From the sequence record NC_070981.1: a DNA stretch of 64,000 nucleotides; one strand, given 5' to 3'. Below are positions 43,696-53,630 of the stretch, one piece after another. Made by a program: the position numbers and the translations under genes. Source of the stretch: Escherichia phage EK010. The notes under the pieces were generated by a model. It did not search any database. It worked only from the letters and a program-made list of their open reading frames with translations, and was not told the origin of the DNA. The stretch's first letter is position 1. Every line of letters begins with the position of its first letter.

Positions 43696-44291
43696 TGAGT
43701 AAACCATTAGTAGTAATTCTGAATGGACCACCGGGTTGTGGTAAAGATACAATCGCTAATGCTTGGCTAGAATTCACTAAAGAGAACATTGAATTTAAGC
43801 CACATATAAAGGCTTTTAAGGAGCCTATGTACCGAGTTGCTGCTGCTGCATTAGGTATTCCTATTGACGAGTTCATGGAGCTGTATAGCGACCGTGAGTG
43901 GAAAGAACGAAGCCGTCCTGAATGGGGCGGTAAGTCAGTTCGAGATTTGATGATTGCAACTAGTGAGAGCTACTTGAAGCCAATGTTTGGTGATACCTGT
44001 ATGGGTAAGTTGGCTGTTAGTAGTATCAAACGACAACTGTTAGGACAGAAAGATGTTATCGTCTTCTCTGATGGTGGATTCAAAGCAGAAGTTTCAGAAC
44101 TGGAAGAACAATTCCATGTTCAAGTAGTTCAGATTCTTCGTGATGGTTGCACTTTTGAAGGAGACTCTCGGTCTTACATCGAAGGCAGTCAGAGAAACAC
44201 ATATTACCTAGTAAACGATTCTACTGTAGAAGATGCAATAGACTATTTAAATTGGATTGTTGTACGGACACGGAGAGATCTCTATGTCTGA
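43695..44291 (+). CDS. P-loop kinase (possible dNMP kinase)
   Basis: Walker A GPPGCGKDT. Confidence 0.55.
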   Translation: MSKPLVVILNGPPGCGKDTIANAWLEFTKENIEFKPHIKAFKEPMYRVAAAALGIPIDEFMELYSDREWKERSRPEWGGKSVRDLMIATSESYLKPMFGDTCMGKLAVSSIKRQLLGQKDVIVFSDGGFKAEVSELEEQFHVQVVQILRDGCTFEGDSRSYIEGSQRNTYYLVNDSTVEDAIDYLNWIVVRTRRDLYV

Positions 44292-45105
44292 TGTAATTTA
44301 TCCTGAAGTAGCAATTGTGGATGCAGATGTTCTGCGATATGAAGTCGGTGCTCTTACACAAGAGCATCCTTTTCTAGACACAGGTCGTGTTCCAGTTGAT
44401 TATGGATTCTTGATTGAACGACTTCAACATAAAATAGATGTAATCATTGCAAGGTCTGGTTGCGAGAAAACAATCTTTTACTTCAGCGAAGGTGGTAATT
44501 TTCGGTTTGATATTGCTAAGCAGCAAGGTTATAAAGCTAATCGACCACTGGGAGAAAGACCTCATCATTGGCAGAACGTTAGTGATTATATTAAAGAAAA
44601 TTACGAGTATGTAGAAGTTTTTGGGAGAGAGGCAGATGATGCCTTAGCTGAAAGACAGAGACGTGATAAGAACACTATCATTTGCACCCGTGATAAAGAT
44701 TTGTTAATCACCCCCGGATGGCATTACCGTTGGGCTTGCGGGGAGAGACAGAAAGAAGTACCTCCTCATTATGTATCAGAGGAAGTAGCATGGCAGAACT
44801 TCTTCTACCAGATGTTGATTGGGGATAGGACAGATAATATTCCCGGATGTGGTGAGAAGGTTGAAATGATGTGGGGTGGCAACCTAGTGATGCGTCGTCA
44901 AGGTGTTGGCAGCAAGGCTGCAATCGAACTTATTGAGAAGGTATTCGATAAGTGGACTCTTTATCATATTATACGAATGGAATACTATAAGAGGTTCGAG
45001 GAAGAAGCAGAAGCTAAGATGTTAGAAAACGCTCGATTGCTCTTCGTTGGACAAGCTGAAGGCGACCTCTTTGATTGGTCGTGGTTAGATAAAACTTGGG
45101 AATAA
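44284..45105 (+). CDS. 5'-3' exonuclease / flap endonuclease (FEN family)
   Basis: GREADD, TRDKDLL, GDRTDNIPG motifs. Confidence 0.8.
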   Translation: MSDVIYPEVAIVDADVLRYEVGALTQEHPFLDTGRVPVDYGFLIERLQHKIDVIIARSGCEKTIFYFSEGGNFRFDIAKQQGYKANRPLGERPHHWQNVSDYIKENYEYVEVFGREADDALAERQRRDKNTIICTRDKDLLITPGWHYRWACGERQKEVPPHYVSEEVAWQNFFYQMLIGDRTDNIPGCGEKVEMMWGGNLVMRRQGVGSKAAIELIEKVFDKWTLYHIIRMEYYKRFEEEAEAKMLENARLLFVGQAEGDLFDWSWLDKTWE

Positions 45106-45115
45106 GGATATTATA

Positions 45116-45307
45116 ATGGGTAAATTTGACTATCGTTCGTATGATGAAAACTCCTCTACTCGTGAATCTCGTAAAGATCAAAAGATTAAGCACCAAGCAT
45201 TTGATCGTCGCACAGGCCGTATCCCTCGTGCTGATAAAGAATCACACCGAGTCAATAAACGCATTTGGGAAGACGCTGATATGGATGTAGGTTATGGCGA
45301 AAGCTGA
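45116..45307 (+). CDS. hypothetical protein (63 aa)
   Basis: Track ORF. Confidence 0.5.
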   Translation: MGKFDYRSYDENSSTRESRKDQKIKHQAFDRRTGRIPRADKESHRVNKRIWEDADMDVGYGES

Positions 45308-45698
45308 GAAGACAAGATGCTCTGGTCAGTGGACTGAAGCACGTTATAACTCCTTCATTAAGTCAGGGATTCGTTCTCTGACTAGGAAATGGAAACCTAT
45401 GTTTGATTCTCTCAAAGAGGCTCAGACAGAACGTAAAATCAACCCTAAAACTGGCAAAATGGCAATGCATTACAAGTGCGCCATGTGTGGTAATGATTCT
45501 CCTCTTAAAGACGTAGCAGTAGACCATATAGAGCCTATTGTTCCAGTGGACCATGAAGCTACTTGGGATGAAATCATCGAGAGGGCTTTAGTTGAGAAAG
45601 ATGGTTTTCAAGTCTTATGCAAAGAGCCTTGCCATAAGATAAAAACTAAGGAAGAGAATGATGCAAGACGCGAATTTAAAAAATCTAGAGACTTCTGA
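45294..45698 (+). CDS. HNH endonuclease
   Basis: CAMCGN ... DHIEPIVP ... CKEPCHKIK motif. Confidence 0.65.
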   Translation: MAKAEKTRCSGQWTEARYNSFIKSGIRSLTRKWKPMFDSLKEAQTERKINPKTGKMAMHYKCAMCGNDSPLKDVAVDHIEPIVPVDHEATWDEIIERALVEKDGFQVLCKEPCHKIKTKEENDARREFKKSRDF

Positions 45699-45960
45699 AG
45701 AAAGAGAAGTCTTTGAATCTATGAACAAGGAAAACACATATGATCAAGTATCTACGAAACAAGTTCTTCGCTTTAGCTATCGTAATTGGAGAGGCGAAGT
45801 TGCAGACCGCTCCGTTATTCCTTTACGAACCTCAGTTGCTTCTTCCCGCTATCATAATGGGGGCAAACCTTGTTGGATAATGACCGCTTGGGACAATGAT
45901 AAGAATGACATTCGAGAGTTCAAACTCTCTGATATTATTAAGTATTATGACTTAATCTAG
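45658..45960 (+). CDS. hypothetical protein (100 aa)
   Basis: Track ORF. Confidence 0.45.
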   Translation: MMQDANLKNLETSEEREVFESMNKENTYDQVSTKQVLRFSYRNWRGEVADRSVIPLRTSVASSRYHNGGKPCWIMTAWDNDKNDIREFKLSDIIKYYDLI

Positions 45961-45968
45961 GAGAACAA

Positions 45969-46235
45969 ATGGATTTTAGTTCAGCACTTATTAAAGTAAA
46001 AGAAGGTAAGAAGATTGCTCGTTCTGGTTGGAATGGTGCAAATCAGTTCGTCATCAAAGCAGGTGGATATGAAGTAGAAGAAGCTCGACCGGGTTCTGAT
46101 TATGAAAAAGCTGGCATCACAGGTCGATTCACTATCGCCCCTCATTTAGACTTAAAGAATGCTCAGGGTATTATGCAACCCGGATGGGTTCCATCTCAGG
46201 GTGATTTATTTGCAGATGATTGGGAGGTCTTATGA
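45969..46235 (+). CDS. DUF2829-family protein (Tad2-like candidate anti-Thoeris factor)
   Basis: N-terminal ALIKVKEGKKIARSGWNG and C-terminal DLFADDWEV match DUF2829 signature as recalled. Confidence 0.5.
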   Translation: MDFSSALIKVKEGKKIARSGWNGANQFVIKAGGYEVEEARPGSDYEKAGITGRFTIAPHLDLKNAQGIMQPGWVPSQGDLFADDWEVL

Positions 46236-46417
46236 TTGACTTCGAAGAAGAAAATTGGGATGTGTGATGAATTCGATGGATTCTAGTAGCCTTGGGTTTT
46301 CTCTTTGTTCTAATAGTTCCTATTAAGAGTAAGGACACACCCCCTACTGTACAGTAGATATGGCAAGAGAAGTGATAAAGGTTTGATATAAAACGTCGAA
46401 CCTGTATCTAGAAATAA

Positions 46418-46450
46418 AGAAGCCCCCTTCCTTTCGGTTGGGGGCTTTTC
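46418..46450. terminator. bidirectional terminator between convergent plus- and minus-strand gene blocks
   Basis: AGCCCCC/GGGGGCT stem with T-rich tracts on both strands. Confidence 0.65.
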
Positions 46451-46454
46451 TTGT

Positions 46455-49400
46455 TTACTCCTTAGCTCGAACTCTAACACGAAGTTTAGCTTGACGCTTA
46501 CTTCTCTCCAACTTGTCAGACAGAGAACCACGTTTGACTTTCAACTCTCCCTCGTCATTATACTTCTCCAAGAACTGTAAATACTCTTGTCGAGTAGTTG
46601 TCTTGTAAGAAGGAATCTTAGCATTAGGATTCGCTTCAATCACACGTCTAATCTTAGCTACATCATCCCTCCCTAAAAGTTTCCCTTTAGCTTGTTCTGC
46701 TGTAGAACCAAAGATTTTCTCAAGTGCTCGAGATTTGTTACCACCTGCCGAAGCAGCACCAAGTTTCGCAATAGCAGAATAATCATCAGCACTAAACCAA
46801 GCCACTGGATTATCTCCATAACGTTTCTTGTTCTCAGCAGCAGTCTGTAGAGCACGTACAAATCGACGGTTGTTACCAGCCTTATCTGCACCATGAACCC
46901 TATCTAGAACCTCTGCAACACTCGCCAACTCCTGCAAGTCTTTCCCTTCAATAAAAGCTTTCTCTGCTTTGTTAGCAAAGTCGTCTTCCTGCTTTTTAAT
47001 ACTTTCAAGAATATCAGAGTTAGCCTGAGATCTTTCATCCTCAGGTAGAGCGGAACGAATCTTCTCCATTTCTTTCTCTTCATCTAAAAGTTTCTTAAAG
47101 TCAGAATCAACTTTACGAGCATCTTCGATAGCTTTTGCTGTTTCTGCATCAAGGTCAGAAGCTTTCCCGTCTGCATCACCAGTTGCCTTAGCAATCTCTC
47201 TTTCGATTGGAGTAGCTGTTTCATACTTCTTAACAAACTTCTCTACGTCAGATTCGATACGAGCACGAGCATTCTGATGTTCCACTGGAGTCATAGGTTT
47301 CTCTAACAAAGCATACCGATTATCCATATAAGAACCAGCATACGCTTCAGCATCCTCCCTAGAAACCCCCTTCTCTTCCAGAGTGTTGACTAAACGCTTA
47401 TGAATGTCATCACGTTGACGTTGAACTGCCATTAGGTCATTCTCCCGTTCCTGAGCTTCTTTCAGAGCCTTATCTCTCTTCACTCTAGAATCAATATCAA
47501 ACCTACGGTTCATTTCCTCAGCCTGTTCATACATTCTATTCCACTTAGCCTCACGAGCATCTTCCTCTGCTTCGGTCAAACGTCGTTTGCGATCGAGGTA
47601 ATCACTCTCAGCGTTGTGAATACGTTCAATAATACTACGGAAACGCTCTGGTGGTACTGGAGAGTTTTTATCATGGTGAGCAGCAAGCTGTTTCAAAGTA
47701 CGACCTTCCTGAGCTTCTCTGACACTTTCAGGCAACTCTTTGAACATCTTCTCCATCTCGGATTTCTGAGCCGCTATAGCTTCCAAGGACTGCTTTTCAG
47801 CTTCCATAGCTGCCTTGGCATCATTACGAGCCTTAGCTCTGTTACGGAGCGTCTCAAGACGTTCTTGACGTGCTTGCAAGTGTTTAGCCGCTGCTTCGTA
47901 TTGAGAGTTCTTGTTAGCCTTGTTGAACATGTTAACTTCTCGGTTATAGGTATTGATAAACCCATCCCACACATCCTTCATTTGACCAACTTCCAAAGCC
48001 TCAACCCTTCCAGCTTTTTCTGAAGATTTAAACTTACTCTCCACAAAGTCTTCCATAATCCTACGCATAGCATCTTTCTGAGCAGGACGTAAAGGTTCTG
48101 CATCAAGCAGTGTACCAATTTCATCCTGAAGCTCTTTCTTCTGATCTACCAGTTTAGGAGCATCTTTCTTGTCAAAAGCTTTATTCTCTTCCAGAGCCTC
48201 TCGATAGAGACGGTCAAATTCATCATCTCTCTGTTTCTGATATAAACGCTCAGCTCTTCGTTTCAGTGAATCTAGGCTTGTGACGTTTCCACCCAAACCC
48301 TTCTCTTCAGCACGTAAAGCCTTAGTAGCAATATCAGAAGGCAATCCACGCTCTTTTACCCAATCAGCAAAAGAAGAACGAACATGTTGAGACTTAGCAG
48401 AAGCAATACCTTGCTGTGAAGCTAGCTGGTTTCTAGCCATCTCTTCATGACGCTGTGTGTTGTTTGCTTGGTCTTCCTGACGGATACGACGCATAAGCTC
48501 TTTAGGGTCTCCTTTATAAGAAAGGAAGTTTTCCGCAGTAGCTTTAGCTTTAGCAGCAGCCGAATACAAAGAACGAGCAAATCGGTCAGCACGATCTTTT
48601 GTTGCCTGACGGGCAGCAGTTGACATAGAAGCCAGACGCTCTACACCGAGTGATGGTTTAACAGGCTCAAGAGCCTTCTCAGGAGCTTTAGGCGCACGAG
48701 CAGGTAATGGCTCAGGTTTCTCTTGAGGTTCCTCTACGGTCTTCTCAGGAGCTTCTTTAGCACGTTCCGCTTCCTCTGCTTCTTGACGTTTCTTCGCTTC
48801 TGCTACAGCTCTGCGCTGAGCTACTAGCTCTCTTGCTGTAAGAGCTTCTTGCTGTGGTTCAGGTTCTGGTGTAGCACTTTCTTGAGCCTGAGCAGCTTCA
48901 GCTTCTTGACGTCTAAGCTCTGCTTGTTGGAGAGCACGTCTTTGAGCAACTAGATCCCTCGCAGTAAGAGGTGTTTCAGTTGGAGCTGGAGAGGAAGGAA
49001 TTTCTTCCGTCACAGTAGTAGCAGAAGGCTCCTCACGAACCGGTTCGGAAGGTGCATCATTTTGAGTACGGAATTTGATGTCTTCTGTGGTTGGTTCTTC
49101 TTCCATTTTTGCTCTTGCTTCTTCAGCCTGAGTCCTAGCTCGTTGTACTTCTAAATCAGCCCTAGCCAAAGAGCGGATAGCTTCGCTATTAGCTGACTGT
49201 TGCTTCTCACGTTGAGCACGAGCACGATCGGAAGTAAAGCGGTTAAGTACATACTTGGCTGCACCGAGAGGATTCTTAACTAACACAGGAGCCGGAGCTT
49301 CACGAAAACCGTCATCAGTCAGAGAGGTCCAACCACGGTCTTGGTTACTCATGAACTTAGCTGTATTATTCAGAGTGAAAGCATCTTGGATAGGGTTAAA

Positions 49401-50900
49401 ACCTTCAGGCATACCTTTTAGTTTCTTTAATCCACCAATGGCCTTCTTCATTTCTGGAGAAACATTTTCAGAGAGCTTCTGCAACTGAGTAGCTTTATCA
49501 ATGAAGTTGTTTAGGTCTTCACCATCACGAGCTTTGAAACGATTAGCTTCACTGTAAAAAGTTTTATAAGCATCAATAAAATCACGATCAGCTTGAGTAC
49601 GGTTTTTAATGTCAATAGCACTACCAGTAAAATCACCACTTGCTCTCAGAGCTACTAACTCTCGGTCTAGATTGTCTAGAACATCAGTAAGAGCTTTGGT
49701 GTTATCTTTAGTGTAGTCAGCCATTGCATCTTTCATTGCCACAGCTTGTTTCTGGTTGTACTCATTGTCAGCAAAAGCTTTACCTTGAGTCTTCTTAGGA
49801 GAAGCTAAAGGATTAAGACCGGGAACGTTAGAACTATCTTTCTGAACCGTAGCAGCCTTCTCTGCACGACTTTGATCTGTATTTAATATACGTTGAACAG
49901 CAGGAGAGTCCATAGCAACTGCATCTGTGATTCGGAAACCATTTTCATCCAGAAGGTTTAAAGCAGAGGCAGCATTAGCATTCTCAGCTTTAGCATAGGC
50001 TTCACGAAGTTCATCAGCGTTAGCAGCTTTACGAATAGCCTCATCTTCAGCAGCAATGTCAGTCTTAACATGCTCAGGAGTACGATCAAACACTTGAGGA
50101 CTAGGACGACTTATTAACCCATGAACCCCACCAATCGCCCCACCATAAGCGGCACCGAGTGCACCTTCTTCAATAGCCCCTTCTAAGACATTAGCTAGAG
50201 TAGTGTCATCCCCATATTTGTTCTGAGCTTCAGCAGCACCAACAATAGCACCACCCTTAGCACCAGCAACTGCGTTAGAGGCTACGCTTTGTCCTACACG
50301 ACCAAGAGTAGTAGAAGCTGTACCAGTCATGCCCGGAAGTATCTTCTGAGCAGCGTAGTTAGCACCACCAACAAGAGCAGCATCTAAGACTGACTTATCT
50401 TCATCTTCTTTAGGAGTTTGATCAGCATAAGCACGACCTGTTTCACGAGCTGCAATCACAGCAGCAGCAACAGCAGGGTTTGCAACTGTCAAACCAATAT
50501 CAGCAGCAACACCAGCATACTGACCAGCTGTTTTACCAAAACCATCTTCTATCTTGGATAAGCGTTCTTCCAGCAATTGCTTAGAGTTCTCTTGAATGCG
50601 CTTACCGTAGCTTGTTTCCGAACCAGTTAGATTTTCACCAATCTCTACCAGCCCACCTAAACCTTTAGCAGCACTAGCTGCAATGTTAGCACCACCTGAT
50701 TGAAGAGCGTTAGACACACCTTGAGCAAACTCCCCAATAGCACCTCGTTCTTCTTGTTGTGGTTGCTCTTGTGGTTGAGTCTCAGGAATAGTGCCCCCTG
50801 CTGCCTTGTATTGTTCTCTCATTTGAGCCTGTTGCTCTGGAGAGGCATTCAGATACGCAGGAGCTTTGGAAGCTTCTTCCCACGATTTTAAATTAGCCAT
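46455..50900 (-). CDS. large internal virion / ejection-type protein (1481 aa)
   Basis: Track ORF; Gly/Ala-rich hydrophobic N-terminal region, long coiled-coil-like region, internal repeat LTAR(D/E)LVAQRRA. Confidence 0.6.
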   Translation of the reverse strand: MANLKSWEEASKAPAYLNASPEQQAQMREQYKAAGGTIPETQPQEQPQQEERGAIGEFAQGVSNALQSGGANIAASAAKGLGGLVEIGENLTGSETSYGKRIQENSKQLLEERLSKIEDGFGKTAGQYAGVAADIGLTVANPAVAAAVIAARETGRAYADQTPKEDEDKSVLDAALVGGANYAAQKILPGMTGTASTTLGRVGQSVASNAVAGAKGGAIVGAAEAQNKYGDDTTLANVLEGAIEEGALGAAYGGAIGGVHGLISRPSPQVFDRTPEHVKTDIAAEDEAIRKAANADELREAYAKAENANAASALNLLDENGFRITDAVAMDSPAVQRILNTDQSRAEKAATVQKDSSNVPGLNPLASPKKTQGKAFADNEYNQKQAVAMKDAMADYTKDNTKALTDVLDNLDRELVALRASGDFTGSAIDIKNRTQADRDFIDAYKTFYSEANRFKARDGEDLNNFIDKATQLQKLSENVSPEMKKAIGGLKKLKGMPEGFNPIQDAFTLNNTAKFMSNQDRGWTSLTDDGFREAPAPVLVKNPLGAAKYVLNRFTSDRARAQREKQQSANSEAIRSLARADLEVQRARTQAEEARAKMEEEPTTEDIKFRTQNDAPSEPVREEPSATTVTEEIPSSPAPTETPLTARDLVAQRRALQQAELRRQEAEAAQAQESATPEPEPQQEALTARELVAQRRAVAEAKKRQEAEEAERAKEAPEKTVEEPQEKPEPLPARAPKAPEKALEPVKPSLGVERLASMSTAARQATKDRADRFARSLYSAAAKAKATAENFLSYKGDPKELMRRIRQEDQANNTQRHEEMARNQLASQQGIASAKSQHVRSSFADWVKERGLPSDIATKALRAEEKGLGGNVTSLDSLKRRAERLYQKQRDDEFDRLYREALEENKAFDKKDAPKLVDQKKELQDEIGTLLDAEPLRPAQKDAMRRIMEDFVESKFKSSEKAGRVEALEVGQMKDVWDGFINTYNREVNMFNKANKNSQYEAAAKHLQARQERLETLRNRAKARNDAKAAMEAEKQSLEAIAAQKSEMEKMFKELPESVREAQEGRTLKQLAAHHDKNSPVPPERFRSIIERIHNAESDYLDRKRRLTEAEEDAREAKWNRMYEQAEEMNRRFDIDSRVKRDKALKEAQERENDLMAVQRQRDDIHKRLVNTLEEKGVSREDAEAYAGSYMDNRYALLEKPMTPVEHQNARARIESDVEKFVKKYETATPIEREIAKATGDADGKASDLDAETAKAIEDARKVDSDFKKLLDEEKEMEKIRSALPEDERSQANSDILESIKKQEDDFANKAEKAFIEGKDLQELASVAEVLDRVHGADKAGNNRRFVRALQTAAENKKRYGDNPVAWFSADDYSAIAKLGAASAGGNKSRALEKIFGSTAEQAKGKLLGRDDVAKIRRVIEANPNAKIPSYKTTTRQEYLQFLEKYNDEGELKVKRGSLSDKLERSKRQAKLRVRVRAKE

Positions 50901-50936
50901 AACGTCTCCTTATAAATAAAAATGTCCTACCTCCTA

Positions 50937-50945
50937 TATACATTA
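50937..50945 (-). promoter_or_regulatory. TAATGTATA motif, candidate phage-sigma promoter element
   Basis: Exact 9-mer on minus strand 37 nt upstream of start codon at 50900. Confidence 0.4.
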
Positions 50946-50970
50946 TAAGAGATAGGACTTAGGTCTTAGA

Positions 50971-52638
50971 TTACTGTAACATCCAACTCGTGTCCGCTGG
51001 AGCAGAAGAAAGAGCGCCTGTTAATCGAGGATTTGTAGCATCTCCACCAACAGCTGCTTCAGCTTCACTCTCAAACGTACCGAATGGGTCATAGAAACCA
51101 GCAGAAGGAATAGCACGGTTGACAAGAGCTGTCGCTCGTTTCTTATCCATACCAGAACCGATATATGCCTCAATTGTTGCTTTCTTAGCATCCTTCACAC
51201 CTTTCTCAGCAGAAGTAGCACCAACAGTTGCCTGCTTACGAGCATATGACAGAGCAGCATCAGAAGGACGATAACCTGCTTTAAGGGACCATGTATTACC
51301 CAACTTAACAAAGATGGACGGGTCTTCTGCAAAGTGGGCTAAGTCATCAGCTTGGAGAGAACGGTTAGCACCGATTTCTGCCCTTGCGGAGTTCATGATA
51401 GCCTGCATGTAAGCAGAACGAGCAGTTTGGTAATCCTTATCCTTAACAGCTTTGTCTGCTAAATCCAAGTCCTTATGAGACTGGTTGAACAGACCTGCTT
51501 TCTCTGCCCACTGCTTAGCAACTGTACCTTCTGCTGTGTTCTGAGCAAGACGAACTTCTTTCGGATTGAAAGTAAAGCTCTGAGCAGCTTTCTCTGCACG
51601 ATCTGCTTTAACTTGATCACGATATCCAATAAGTTCTTTCTGTTTCTCGAACTGAGCATTAGCACGTTCTTCAGCAGCACGACGAGTTTCAGCAGCACGT
51701 TCCCGCATCGAATTCTCTTGAATCTGTTGACGTCTATCCCACTCACGATTGGCACGTTCTTCATCCTGAGCAGCAAGAGCCATTTTCTCCTGAGGACTCA
51801 TCTGACGCATCTTGAGAAGAGAAGGATCTCCCGAAGCAATTGCAGCAGCAACTGAATCTTGAGAGTAGCCTTGTTCTAACAGAGCATCACGGTTGGCTTC
51901 TAGTTGTTGTTTAGTTTCATCCTGAGCAGCTAAGCCAGAACCAATCTGGAAAGCTTCAATAGGGGATTTACCTGACATGATAGAAAGACCAACACCCATT
52001 AAGCCAGTATAGAAACTAGACTTCTGGTAGAATGGTTGCTTCTGAAGCTCATTCCAAGCTTGTGCTGGATCTTTAGCTTTAGCTACTTCCATAATATCAT
52101 TATTAATACGTTCTTGGTCTTTAGCACGAGTTGCACCAGCCATACCTTCAGGAGCTGGATTACTATTAGCTAGAGTGTTAATAACATTCTGAGCCTGTTC
52201 CACTTGAACTGGAGAGAACTCTTTATCTGTTTCTTCCAAAGGTTTACGAGGAGGAGTAACAGGAAGTGGGTCACTAGGCATCAATCCAGCAGCTTGTAGA
52301 CCTTCATCAGAGGATAGATCTGGGTTATTTATAGCAGGAGCTGGTTCGCCAATATCAATACCCTGAAGGCTTGTAGGAGTCCCTTGATTCTCTGCTTCCA
52401 TAAGGCGCTGTCTAAATCCCGGATTTAACATAGCTTCTTGGTCCTCTTGAGCAGTAGCAACAAGAGAGGATAAACCTACAGGAGAAGCAGGAGGTCTCCG
52501 GTTATACATAGAAACATCAGCAGCTGGGTAAGTAGGTCTTGCCATGTATGGAGAGGCCGAAGCGGCCCCTTGTTTAACACCATAGATCTGATTTCTTGGG
52601 TCTTGACTGCGAAGATACGCATAAGAAGTTTGTTGCAT
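50971..52638 (-). CDS. virion-associated protein (555 aa)
   Basis: Track ORF in structural block; AATTAGGAG SD upstream. Confidence 0.6.
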   Translation of the reverse strand: MQQTSYAYLRSQDPRNQIYGVKQGAASASPYMARPTYPAADVSMYNRRPPASPVGLSSLVATAQEDQEAMLNPGFRQRLMEAENQGTPTSLQGIDIGEPAPAINNPDLSSDEGLQAAGLMPSDPLPVTPPRKPLEETDKEFSPVQVEQAQNVINTLANSNPAPEGMAGATRAKDQERINNDIMEVAKAKDPAQAWNELQKQPFYQKSSFYTGLMGVGLSIMSGKSPIEAFQIGSGLAAQDETKQQLEANRDALLEQGYSQDSVAAAIASGDPSLLKMRQMSPQEKMALAAQDEERANREWDRRQQIQENSMRERAAETRRAAEERANAQFEKQKELIGYRDQVKADRAEKAAQSFTFNPKEVRLAQNTAEGTVAKQWAEKAGLFNQSHKDLDLADKAVKDKDYQTARSAYMQAIMNSARAEIGANRSLQADDLAHFAEDPSIFVKLGNTWSLKAGYRPSDAALSYARKQATVGATSAEKGVKDAKKATIEAYIGSGMDKKRATALVNRAIPSAGFYDPFGTFESEAEAAVGGDATNPRLTGALSSAPADTSWMLQ

Positions 52639-52652
52639 AATTATTCTCCTAA

Positions 52653-53621
52653 TTAAGAGCTAGCTAAGCCACCGATAACACCGCCAGCTAAAGCGCCCCA
52701 AGGGCCAAAAGCTGAACCAGCAGCAGCACCACTCGCAGCACCACCTAGGAAGCCTCCACTACCACCAGATGTTTTAGTAGTTGTGGTTGTCCCTAAAGCT
52801 CCATTAAGAACCCCGGCAGCACCTAGTTGATTGTTAATATCCTGCCAACCCCAATTAGCAGCATTCTGAGCATTCTCATAAGCATTGTTCAAATCAGACT
52901 GCTGTTGTTGCTGCTGTTGCAGTCCTGCATTCCACTGATTCATCATTTGCTGTTGTGATAGCTGACCAGCTTGGTTTCCTAGATTAGCAAGGTTGGAGCC
53001 AATGTTAGATAAACCACCCAAAGCAGATGCTTGTGTTTGTCTATTACCAGAAAGAATGTTCTGTGCTTGAGTTAGAGCGGAGTCATAAGCACTATTAGTA
53101 ATATTAGTTGCTGTGTTCTGCATCTGGTTCAGAGCATCACCCTGAGCAAAAGATTTAGCCATACGTGCACCAGAACCTTGCTGACCAGCAAACTGCTGAG
53201 AGATTTGAGGAAGTGCATTCCTAGCCAAACTCTGTTGGGTTTGTTCATTATTCGCTGCAATAGCTGCTTGCACAGCCTCGTCGTCATAGAGCTGGCCTGC
53301 AAGAGCACCAATCTGTTCTCCAGTGATTTGACCAGAGTTTGAAAGGTTATTGTATCCAGAGTATGCATTATCTAGATAACCTAAGCCAGATTGAGCAGCA
53401 TCCATATACTGAGAAGAAAGTGCACCTAATGCACCAGATTGTGATAGATTGTTCAGAGCCTCTTGCTGGTTTTGATTAAGTCCAACATTTTCTCGATACA
53501 CATAATCGCCTGAACTAGTGTTATTAACCTGATTGACCAACTGATCAATATAGGATTGAATGTAGTCAGGTCTTGTCATTTTAGAAGTAGTCTTGCTACT
53601 CCCACCACCAAATAAAGCCAT
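52653..53621 (-). CDS. Q/N/G-rich virion protein
   Basis: Track ORF; N-terminus MALFGGGS paralogous to next gene. Confidence 0.6.
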   Translation of the reverse strand: MALFGGGSSKTTSKMTRPDYIQSYIDQLVNQVNNTSSGDYVYRENVGLNQNQQEALNNLSQSGALGALSSQYMDAAQSGLGYLDNAYSGYNNLSNSGQITGEQIGALAGQLYDDEAVQAAIAANNEQTQQSLARNALPQISQQFAGQQGSGARMAKSFAQGDALNQMQNTATNITNSAYDSALTQAQNILSGNRQTQASALGGLSNIGSNLANLGNQAGQLSQQQMMNQWNAGLQQQQQQQSDLNNAYENAQNAANWGWQDINNQLGAAGVLNGALGTTTTTKTSGGSGGFLGGAASGAAAGSAFGPWGALAGGVIGGLASS

Positions 53622-53630
53622 AGCTCCTCC

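Noticed and set aside
46310-46531. Minus-strand 73-aa ORF between the convergent gene blocks
   Set aside because: It overlaps the bidirectional terminator and the 3' end of the 1481-aa gene in another frame; likely spurious.
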